NCBI RefSeq assembly: GCF_000039765.1
Contig: NC_004459.3
Location: 780,001-812,000 of the forward strand
Direction: 5' to 3'
DNA from: Vibrio vulnificus CMCP6
GTDB taxonomy: Bacteria; Pseudomonadota; Gammaproteobacteria; Enterobacterales; Vibrionaceae
Length of the DNA stretch: 32,000 nt
Part shown: positions 17,750 through 25,605 of the stretch, piece after piece
How positions within the stretch are numbered: position 1 is the stretch's first letter
Layout of the letters: each line of letters starts with the position of its first letter
Made by a program: the position numbers and the translations under genes
The notes under the pieces: generated by a model
Database searches by the model: none
Told to the model about the DNA's origin: nothing
Seen by the model: the letters and a program-made list of their open reading frames with translations, nothing else

Positions 17750-18848
17750 GTTTTAGGGAAAGTGAACGTAAGTTGCTGGGATTGTTGTGTTCAACGTTAG
17801 TGATGGCGGGTGCTGACGGATGGTTCCCCGCGTCCGCGAGGATGACAAAAATAAGAAAAGAAAAAGCAGTAAGTGCAGCGGCAAAGAACAAAAAACTCAG
17901 CACACCGCCGCCGCCCCCCTAGTTGTCATTCCCGCGCATGCGGGGATCCATTCATCCACACGTGCCAGAAGCCGCGTTTAGAAATAACACTCACCGCAGC
18001 AGACAATAACTAAAGTTACACCACCAACAACACGGATAATGAAGTGCTAAAACCAAGCCACGGCGCTTGCTACACGATGGGCCCCCGCGTTCGCGAGAAT
18101 GACAAAAATAAGAAAAGAAAAAGCAGAGCCAAGTTCAGCGGCAAAGAACAAAAAACTCAGCACACCGCCGCCACGCCACCAACCGTCATTCCCGTGCATA
18201 CGGGGGATCCATTCATCCACACGTGCCAGAAGCCGCGTTTGGAAATGTACTCACCGCAACAGACAACAACGAAAGCGAAACCAACAACAACAATGAAGCG
18301 CGAAAAACGTGCCACGGCGCTCGCTATCCGATGGGTCCCCGCGTTCGCGAGGATGACAAAAACAAGAAAAGAAAAAGCAGAGCTAAGTTCAGCGGCAAAG
18401 AACAAAAAACTCAGCACACCGCCGCCACGCCACCAACTGTCATTCCCGCGCATGCGGGGATCCATTCATCTGCACGTGCCAGAAGCCGCGTTTGGAAATG
18501 CACTTGCCGCAACAGACAACGACGAAAGCGAAACCAGCAGCAACAATAAAGCGCTAAAACCGAGCTACAGCGCTCGCTATACGATAGCTCTCCGCGTTCG
18601 CGAGGATGACAAAAACAAGAAAAGAAAAAGCAGAGCTAAGTTCAGCGGCAAAGAATAAAAAACTCAGCACACCACCGCCACGCCCCCAACGGTCATTCCC
18701 GCGCATGCGGGGATCCATTCATCCACACGTGCCAGAAGCCGCATTTGGAAATGCACTCACCGCAACAGACAACGACGAAAGCGAAGCCAACAGCAACACA
18801 GGCAATGAAGTGCGAAAAACAAGCCACGGTGCTCGCTATACGATGGGT

Positions 18849-18953
18849 CCCCGCGTTCGCGAGGATGACAGTGTGAGAGAACTGATCCGCACCACCAGCA
18901 ACACGAACAATAAAGCGCTAAAACCGAGCTACAGCGCTCGCTATACGATAGCT
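18849..18953 (+). repeat. Extra copy of a 105-bp sub-repeat (L motif plus GTGTGAGAGAACTGATCCGCACCACCAGCAACACGAACAATAAAGCGCTAAAACCGAGC...) inserted within the array
   Basis: It accounts for the 364-bp spacing between R copies 4 and 5. The same sub-repeat is duplicated at 19472-19681. Confidence 0.85.
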
Positions 18954-19471
18954 CTCCGCGTTCGCGAGGATGACAAAAACAAGAAAAGAAAAAGCAGAGC
19001 TAAGTTCAGCGGCAAAGAACAAAAAACTCAGCACACTGCCGCCACGCCCCCAACTGTCATTCCCGCGTATGCAGGGAGCCATTCATCCACACGTGCCAGA
19101 AGCCGCGTTTGGAAATGTACTCACCGCAACAGACAACAACGAAAGCGAAACCAGCAACAACACGGATAATGAAGTGCCAAAAACGAGCCACGGTGCTCGC
19201 TATCCGATGGATCCCCGCGTTCGCGAGGATGACAAAAATAAGAAAAGAAAAAGCAGAGCTAAGTTCAGCGGCAAAGAACAAAAAACTCAGCACACCGCCG
19301 CCACGCCACCAACTGTCATTCCCGCGCATGCGGGGATCCATTCATCCACACGCGCCAGATGCCGCGTTTGGAAATACACTCACCGCAACAGACAACAACG
19401 AAAGCGAAGCCAGCAGCAACACGGATAATGAAGTGCTAAAACCGAGCCACGGTGCTCGCTATACGGTGGGT

Positions 19472-19681
19472 CCCCGCGTTCGCGAGGATGACGGAGTGAG
19501 AGAATTGATCCGCACCACCAGCAACACGAACAATAAAGTGTTAAAACCAAGCCACAGCGCTCGCTATACGATGGGTCCCCGCGTTCGCGAGGATGACGGA
19601 GTGAGAGAATTGATCCGCACCACCAGCAACACGAACAATAAAGCGCTAAAACCGAGCTACAGCGCTCGCTATCCGATGGGC
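19472..19681 (+). repeat. Two tandem copies of the 105-bp sub-repeat inside the array
   Basis: L motifs at 19472, 19577 and 19682 are exactly 105 bp apart. This accounts for the 469-bp spacing between R copies 6 and 7. Confidence 0.9.
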
Positions 19682-20440
19682 CCCCGCGTTCGCGAGGATG
19701 ACAAAAATAAGAAAAGAAAAAGCAGAGCTAAGTTCAGCAGCAAAGAACAAAAAACTCAGCACACCGCCGCCACGCCCCCAACTGTCATTCCCGCGCATGC
19801 GGGGATCCATTCATCCACACGTGCCAGAAGCCGCGTTTGGAAATACACTCACCGCAACAGACAACGACGAAAGCGAAACCAGCAGCAACAATGAAGCGCG
19901 AAAAACGAGCCACGGCGCTCGCTATACGATGGGTCCCCGCGTTCGCGAGGATGACGGAAATAAGAAAAGAAAAAGCAGAGCTAAGTTCAGCGGCAAAGAA
20001 CAAAAGACTCAGCACACCGCCGCCACGCCCTCAACCGTCATTCCCGTGCATACGGGGATAAATTCATCCATACATGCCAGAAGCCGCGTTTGGAAACGCA
20101 CTCACCGCAACAGACAACGACAAAGCGAAACCAACCACAACACGGATAATGAAGTGCCAAAACCGAGCCACAGTGCTCGCTATACGATGGGTCCCCGCGT
20201 TCGCGAGGATGACAAAAATAAGAAAAGAAAAAGCAGAGCTAAGTTCAGCGGCAAAGAACAAAAAAACTCAGCACACCGCCGCCACGCCACCAACTGTCAT
20301 TCCCGCGCCAATAAGGATGGCAAGACAGAGGCTTCACTTGACGATTGTTTAATCTCTCCTTTTCTCATTACGCCTTCCATAGTACCCTTGAACACTATTT
20401 TTTATTGATGGATTCCTACCAACAACAAGGTTGTTAGTCG

Positions 20441-21172
20441 ATGATAAATCTCCCTTTTCAGCAGGCTATTTTGCCTCGTTTTCTTATGCGTAGTGCAGCC
20501 GTAGCCAGTTTGATTCTCCTTTCCGGTTGTGTGCAACGTTTCGATGACATGAGCACCACGCTACATGAAGCGTTCTTTGGCGCAGAAGACATTACCCAAA
20601 CCTCTCAGCAGGTGTTAGCACTTCCCTACGCCAGTACTTATATGCGAATTAATGACGGCCAGCGCATTTTCATGGTGCTCGGCTACGCTGAGAAAAACCC
20701 AGACAACAATCAACTACAGCTAAAATGGGTTTCTTCAGACGGCGGGATGATTGTGACGGAAAACGGCCGAGTGGTTAAAACGCTTAATCTTCCTTATGGA
20801 AATCTTATACGTAGAGAGGTGGATTTAACGCACTCTCAACAAGCAAAATCTTGGCAAGCCAACCTTCAATGGCAAAGCCAGTATGATTGGAAGACACAAG
20901 GCTCCGATAGCAATAAAGGGAAGCATTACGGGTATCTTGGCGATGTGACGCTCACGCAAATGGGGAGTGAAGAGGCTATTTCCGCTATTTGGCAGCAAAC
21001 GTTAACCATTTGGCAAGAGAACATCTTCTTCCCTCAATTAGATACCACGGTGCAAAACCAATACTGGGTTAATGACAGTGGTCAAGTAATGAAGAGCATT
21101 CAATATCTTGGGCCTGAAATGACGCGCATTGAATTCGAGATCTTGAAACCGTTTGCGGAGGCTGCACAATGA
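20441..21172 (+). CDS. yjbF: YjbF/GfcB-family lipoprotein
   Basis: It has a lipobox (LILLSGC). LPYASTYMRINDGQRIFMVLGYAE and QYWVNDSGQVMKSIQYLG parallel E. coli YjbF (MPYASQYMQLNGGPQLFVVLAFAE; RYWIDSEGQIRQSEQYLG). An alternative start at 20486 (MRSAAV...) is possible. Confidence 0.82.
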   Translation: MINLPFQQAILPRFLMRSAAVASLILLSGCVQRFDDMSTTLHEAFFGAEDITQTSQQVLALPYASTYMRINDGQRIFMVLGYAEKNPDNNQLQLKWVSSDGGMIVTENGRVVKTLNLPYGNLIRREVDLTHSQQAKSWQANLQWQSQYDWKTQGSDSNKGKHYGYLGDVTLTQMGSEEAISAIWQQTLTIWQENIFFPQLDTTVQNQYWVNDSGQVMKSIQYLGPEMTRIEFEILKPFAEAAQ

Positions 21173-21966
21173 AAAATGGCTTTTCCTTTGTCACTCTGTT
21201 GAGTGGAATTGTGGCGTCTGCATTGACTCTTTCACCTAGCGCTGTAGCTAGTTCACAAGAGAGCAATATTCAGCAAGCCACTCAAGTGGTATTGCTCAAT
21301 CACGATTTACAACTCAACTACCCACAACCGGTTCGTCTTGAGCAAGTGCTCTTGGATGCCCAGCAGCAAAATCGCCAACAAAATGGCTCGTCGAATGCAC
21401 AAGCATTAAGTTTTCATGAAGGCTTCCAGCTGTTTAATCTTAACAAACAAGCCGAGACGGATGCACTGCTACAGCACGTTCGCCAGCAACTTATTGAACT
21501 CGCTAAAGATGAAGATTATCGCCAGGCCAGCCAGCTTTTACTAACGCTACTGGAAAAACATCAATACGGTTATCGCGAAAATATTAATTTGGATATTGAT
21601 GCGGTTCGTTTGAAAGCGGATCTCAACCCTGCCCTACCGGGTCACTATGCCTTGAAACAAGCCTCACGCGAGAACAAGGTGCTTTTATTAGGATTAATTG
21701 ACCAAAAAACAGTGCCTTTTTCTGCAGATCTCGACGTAGCAGATTACATTGCCACTAGCACATTGAATAACAATGGCAATAAAAGCGAGGCATGGGTGAT
21801 CGCGCCAAATGGCAACAGTAGCAAAGTGGGTTATAGCTACTGGAATAATCAGCATATGTCCGTGCTACCTGGCTCTACGATTTTCATTGGCTTTAACTCC
21901 AGTAATGATGAGCTTCAGGCGCTAGAGAGCGACATCGTCAAACTATTAGGGATGATCAAAGGTTAA
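21169..21966 (+). CDS. yjbG: YjbG/GfcC-family periplasmic capsule assembly protein
   Basis: It has a signal peptide. INLDIDAVRLKADLNPALPGHY and YSYWNNQHMSVLPGSTIFIGF parallel E. coli YjbG (INLDPDIVRV...; AYWNKRHVEPMPGSIIYVG). It has a 4-nt overlap with yjbF. Confidence 0.85.
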   Translation: MKNGFSFVTLLSGIVASALTLSPSAVASSQESNIQQATQVVLLNHDLQLNYPQPVRLEQVLLDAQQQNRQQNGSSNAQALSFHEGFQLFNLNKQAETDALLQHVRQQLIELAKDEDYRQASQLLLTLLEKHQYGYRENINLDIDAVRLKADLNPALPGHYALKQASRENKVLLLGLIDQKTVPFSADLDVADYIATSTLNNNGNKSEAWVIAPNGNSSKVGYSYWNNQHMSVLPGSTIFIGFNSSNDELQALESDIVKLLGMIKG

Positions 21967-21968
21967 TT

Positions 21969-24218
21969 ATGACGTACTTAAATTCCTCATCAGAAATCCC
22001 AAGCGTTGGCTTTCGCTCTCAAATTTCCGCCGTTTGTCTTGGTGTACTCTCCGCGCTCGCAGGCGTAACTTCTTTGCATTCACAAGCCTCTGAGCTTGAA
22101 ACCGTGACACTTCGCCCCTCACAAACTGATTTTGGTGGCGTGGGTTTAATGCAAATGCCATCTGGCCGTATGGCAAAAGAAGGTGAATTCAACTTTGGTG
22201 TTAACCTCAACGACGATTATCAACATTATTACACCTCGCTGCAGTTGTTCGATTGGTTTGAAACCACCATTCGTTACACGCGTGTGCCGGATATGCTGTT
22301 TAACCCGAACCCAGATTACAGCGGCGATAATCTCTATACCGATAAAGGTATTGATTTCAAAATACGCCTTTGGCAAGAGAGCTACTGGTTACCTGAAACC
22401 TCAATTGGTATTCGTGATTTTGGCGGGACAGGTTTATTTGATGGCGAGTTTATTGCCGCGACCAAACGGTTTGGCCCTATCGACTTTACCCTAGGTATGG
22501 GATGGGGTTATATCGGCCAAAGCGGCAATTTTACCAACCCATTTTGTAAAGCCAGCGACAAGTTTTGTGAAAGGCCGAGTGATTATAAAGGCTCAGGTGG
22601 CAGCGTTGATTTTGAGCGCTGGTTTAAAGGCCCTGCTGCCCTCTACGGCGGCATTGAATATCAAACACCGTATCAACCGCTGCGCTTGAAAGTGGAATAC
22701 GATGCCAACGATTACAGCCAAGATTTCCCTTATGTTCAAGGTGGTAAGCCAATGCCACAACATACCCCTTGGAACTTTGGCGTACTCTATCAACTTGGGG
22801 ATTGGGGCGATGCTAAGCTAAGTTATCAACGTGGCGATACACTGACGTTTGGTTTTAATCTCTACACCAATTTTGATGATCTCAAAGCCGTTTGGCGAGA
22901 TGAACCAAAGCAAGCCGTTACGGGAAGACCAAGCGAAGGCAACACCGATTGGCAAGCAGTCGCCCAGCAACTAGACAGCAACGCGGGTTATCAGCAAAGC
23001 ACCTTGTATGAACAAGGCGATGCTTTGGTGATTGCGGGTGAGCAGGTTAAATACAGTGATATAAAAGAAGCGCAAGATCGCGCCGCCACGATTTTAGCCA
23101 ATAACGCACCAGACTACATCACTACCTATAAGATTGTTGAAACGCGCAATGGCGTGGACTTAACACAAACCGAGTTTGATGCAGAAGCTTATAAACAAGC
23201 GGCGACGTATCAATACCTTGGTGCCAATAGCCGTGAGCTAGGCAGTACCAGCGAGCCCGATTACCGTGAAAACGCAAAACCATTGACGACACATCGCGAG
23301 CGCTGGAACGCAGGTATTTCTCCTGTGTTGGCGCAATCATTGGGTGGCCCTGAAGCGTTCTACTTGTTCCACCTTGGTTTTAATACCGAAGCGAACTATT
23401 GGCTAACCAACAACATCGAAGCGAGCGGCTCTATCTACGTCAACCTTGCCGATAACTACGACAAGTTCAACTACGTAGAGAAAGATCCTCATATTTCGAA
23501 CTTCGCCGTGCCGCGCGTGCGAACGATGTTCCGCTCCTACGTGAGCGATAACCCTGTTCGTCTAAACCATATGCAGCTCACTTGGTTTGCTCAACCTACG
23601 CAGCAAGTCTATACCCAGATGTACGGCGGTTATTTGGAAACCATGTTTGCTGGTGTGGGTGGTGAAGTGCTTTATCGTCCATTAGGTAAAAACTGGGCGC
23701 TGGGCTTGGATGCGAACTTAATCTCACAGCGTGACCCAGATAGCTGGTTTGCTACGTTTGATGAACCGTTTGTTTATTACGATGGCTACGATGCCTCTAA
23801 CTGCAAACCAAACGATGTTGGCTGCCAAGCTTACGTGCTTGATAAAGGCACAACGGGTCAACTTTCGGCTTACTACATGCCTCAGTGGTCTTTGCTAGAG
23901 AACACGTTATTTAAAGTCAGCGCGGGTAAGTTCTTGGGCGGTGACAACGGGGTACGCGTCGATTTCTCCAAACAGTTTAAATCCGGCATGATTGTTGGCG
24001 CATTTGCGACCGTGACGGACCTGACGACAGAGGAATATGGCGAAGGCAGTTACAACAAAGGCTTCTATATTTCGATTCCATTTGATGCGATGACGATCAA
24101 ACCAAGCACGGCGCGTGGTGTTTTTGCTTGGCAACCAATCACGCGAGATGGCGGTCAAACACTGAGCCGCAAGTACGAGCTATTTGAAGTGACCAACGCG
24201 AGAAGCCGTTGGTATTAA
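21969..24218 (+). CDS. yjbH: YjbH/GfcD-family outer-membrane beta-barrel protein
   Basis: PSQTDFGGVGLMQMPSGRMAKEGEF...LQLFDWFETTIRYT...IRLWQESYWLPETSIGIRDFGGTGLFDGEF...FTLGMGWGYIG is closely collinear with E. coli YjbH. It is 749 aa. Confidence 0.9.
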   Translation: MTYLNSSSEIPSVGFRSQISAVCLGVLSALAGVTSLHSQASELETVTLRPSQTDFGGVGLMQMPSGRMAKEGEFNFGVNLNDDYQHYYTSLQLFDWFETTIRYTRVPDMLFNPNPDYSGDNLYTDKGIDFKIRLWQESYWLPETSIGIRDFGGTGLFDGEFIAATKRFGPIDFTLGMGWGYIGQSGNFTNPFCKASDKFCERPSDYKGSGGSVDFERWFKGPAALYGGIEYQTPYQPLRLKVEYDANDYSQDFPYVQGGKPMPQHTPWNFGVLYQLGDWGDAKLSYQRGDTLTFGFNLYTNFDDLKAVWRDEPKQAVTGRPSEGNTDWQAVAQQLDSNAGYQQSTLYEQGDALVIAGEQVKYSDIKEAQDRAATILANNAPDYITTYKIVETRNGVDLTQTEFDAEAYKQAATYQYLGANSRELGSTSEPDYRENAKPLTTHRERWNAGISPVLAQSLGGPEAFYLFHLGFNTEANYWLTNNIEASGSIYVNLADNYDKFNYVEKDPHISNFAVPRVRTMFRSYVSDNPVRLNHMQLTWFAQPTQQVYTQMYGGYLETMFAGVGGEVLYRPLGKNWALGLDANLISQRDPDSWFATFDEPFVYYDGYDASNCKPNDVGCQAYVLDKGTTGQLSAYYMPQWSLLENTLFKVSAGKFLGGDNGVRVDFSKQFKSGMIVGAFATVTDLTTEEYGEGSYNKGFYISIPFDAMTIKPSTARGVFAWQPITRDGGQTLSRKYELFEVTNARSRWY

Positions 24219-24225
24219 GAGAGAA

Positions 24226-24338
24226 GGGTCTAGGGTCTAGGGTCTAGGGTCTAGGGTCTAGGGTCTAGGGTCTAGGGTCTAGGGTCTAGGGTCTAGGGTC
24301 TAGGGTCTAGGGTCTAGGGTCTAGGGTCTAGGGTCTAG
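24226..24338. repeat. Perfect tandem heptamer (GGGTCTA)16, starting 8 bp after the yjbH stop
   Basis: Direct read: 112 bp, equal to 16 perfect units. The unit differs by one base from GGTTCTA and also contains CTAG. Confidence 0.98.
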
Positions 24339-24358
24339 TTTTCTTATTTCTCCACTCT

Positions 24359-24398
24359 AGGCAACTGAATTCTCATCTGATTGGGAATTCAGTTGCCT
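24359..24398. other. Perfect 14-bp inverted repeat (hairpin), a possible yjbH terminator or protein-binding palindrome
   Basis: AGGCAACTGAATTC (24359-72), a 12-nt loop, then GAATTCAGTTGCCT (24385-98). No U-tract follows on either strand, so an intrinsic-terminator call is weak. Confidence 0.4.
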
Positions 24399-24492
24399 TC
24401 ATACGAAGAACCCAGGTTAAGACCAAGTTCTAGCACCCTCCTCCTTTTCCTGATAAAATTTTTTGGCATTTTTAACCTTAGGTGGAAGATTT

Positions 24493-25434
24493 ATGATCAT
24501 CGTAACTGGCGGCGCTGGCATGATTGGCAGCAACATTGTTAAAGCCCTCAACGAGATTGGTATCAATGACATTCTGGTTGTCGACAACCTGAAGAACGGT
24601 CGAAAGTTCAAAAACTTGGTTGATCTAGACATTACCGATTACATGGATCGAGATGACTTTCTCACTCAGATCATGGCGGGTGATAACTTTGGCCCAATCG
24701 AAGCGGTCTTCCACGAAGGTGCTTGCTCTGCAACAACAGAGTGGGATGGCAAGTACATGATGCTCAACAATTACGAGTATTCAAAAGAGTTACTTCACTA
24801 CTGCCTAGAGCGTGAAATCCCATTCCTATATGCTTCTTCTGCTGCCACTTACGGTGAGACCACTGTCTTTAAAGAAGAACGCGAATACGAAGGTGCGCTC
24901 AACGTTTACGGCTATTCAAAGCAGCAATTCGATAACTACGTTCGCCGCTTATGGCAAGATGCCGAAGAACATGGCGAGACGCTATCGCAAATCACAGGGT
25001 TCCGTTACTTCAATGTTTATGGCCCACGTGAGCAGCATAAAGGCAGCATGGCATCGGTTGCTTTCCACCTTAACAACCAAATCCTTGCGGGTGAAAATCC
25101 AAAACTGTTCGCAGGTAGCGAGCAGTTCAAACGTGACTTCATCTACGTTGGTGACGTGTGTAAGGTAAACTTGTGGTTTATGCAAAATGGCGTTTCTGGC
25201 ATCTTCAACTGTGGTACGGGCAACGCTGAGTCTTTTGAAGAAGTGGCAAAAGCTGTGATCAAGCATCATGGTAAAGGGGAGATTGAAACTATTCCATTCC
25301 CTGAACATCTAAAAGGCGCCTACCAAGAGTTTACTCAGGCAGATCTCACAAAACTGCGCGCCGCTGGGTGCGATGTTGAGTTTAAGACTGTCGCTGAAGG
25401 GGTCGCGGAGTATATGGCGATTGTTAATGGTTAG
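24493..25434 (+). CDS. hldD: ADP-L-glycero-D-manno-heptose 6-epimerase
   Basis: [20 protein letters not shown]...FHEGACS...YGYSKQQFD... matches RfaD/HldD (also called gmhD in the Vibrio literature). The ATG at 24493 is preceded by a GGTGGAAG Shine-Dalgarno sequence. The track start at 24463 is a TTG. Confidence 0.95.
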   Translation: MIIVTGGAGMIGSNIVKALNEIGINDILVVDNLKNGRKFKNLVDLDITDYMDRDDFLTQIMAGDNFGPIEAVFHEGACSATTEWDGKYMMLNNYEYSKELLHYCLEREIPFLYASSAATYGETTVFKEEREYEGALNVYGYSKQQFDNYVRRLWQDAEEHGETLSQITGFRYFNVYGPREQHKGSMASVAFHLNNQILAGENPKLFAGSEQFKRDFIYVGDVCKVNLWFMQNGVSGIFNCGTGNAESFEEVAKAVIKHHGKGEIETIPFPEHLKGAYQEFTQADLTKLRAAGCDVEFKTVAEGVAEYMAIVNG

Positions 25435-25524
25435 GTTCTAGGTTCTAGGTTCTAGGTTCTAGGTTCTAGGTTCTAGGTTCTAGGTTCTAGGTTCTAGGTT
25501 CTAGGTTCTAGGTTCTAGGTTCTA
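25434..25524. repeat. Perfect tandem heptamer (GGTTCTA)13, abutting the hldD stop codon
   Basis: Direct read: 91 bp, equal to 13 perfect units. The first G of the array is the last base of the hldD TAG stop. It has the same unit and orientation as the array at 10754-10895. Confidence 0.98.
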
Positions 25525-25605
25525 AAGTGTGTATCTCTGGCGCCTAGGAGTAAAGAGCTAACTCATGAATCTTAGCAGACGCTATGACTAGAATATTGAC
25601 AAAAC

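Larger units (their letters stand above)
17810..20310 (+). repeat. Composite tandem array of about 9 units of ~254 bp. Each unit carries two mutually inverted GC-rich hairpin motifs around a purine-rich core, giving a BIME/MITE-like organisation.
   Basis: The R motif GTCATTCCCGCGCATGCGGGGATCC starts at 17925, 18185, 18439, 18692, 19056, 19315, 19784, 20037 and 20296 (the last copy is truncated). The L motif (GGGT)CCCCGCGTTCGCGAGGATGAC starts at 17826, 18083, 18337, 18590, 18849, 18954, 19213, 19472, 19577, 19682, 19935 and 20193. The L-to-R distance is 99-103 bp in all 9 modules. Confidence 0.95.

Noticed and set aside
17810-20310. The array could be a CRISPR locus or an integron cassette (VCR/attC) array
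   Set aside because: It is not CRISPR: the sequences between the repeated motifs are themselves conserved copy to copy (no unique spacers), the repeat length and period are wrong, and there are no cas genes. It is not attC: no RYYYAAC/GTTRRRY core sites bound the modules, there are no cassette ORFs, and no intI is in the window.
17709-20408. Many 60-260 aa ORFs across the mega-array (e.g. 18044-18658, 18606-19169, 19109-19894, 19698-20408, plus minus-strand ORFs) with recurring peptides such as MTKIRKEKAELSSAAKNKKLSTPPPR...SFPRMRGSI
   Set aside because: The unit periods (253, 254, 259, 260 and 105 bp) are mostly not multiples of 3, so no frame is conserved from copy to copy. All three plus frames are open at once because the strand is only ~12% T. 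The peptides are low-complexity, and the ATG lies directly against the GAGG with no spacer. These are compositional artefacts, not genes.
22019-24158. Minus- and plus-strand ORFs nested in yjbH (22019-22210, 22146-22376, 22183-22494, 22593-22793, 23122-23340, 23907-24158), and similar nested ORFs in hldD, lpxM, waaF, waaA, wza, wecC and the oxidoreductase genes
   Set aside because: All are short and lie wholly inside longer ORFs that have clear homology. There is no independent support for any of them.
24359-24398. The 14-bp perfect inverted repeat as a transposon end or IS remnant
   Set aside because: It is a single hairpin with no second copy, no target-site duplication and no transposase nearby. 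It is kept only as a low-confidence hairpin or terminator-like feature.
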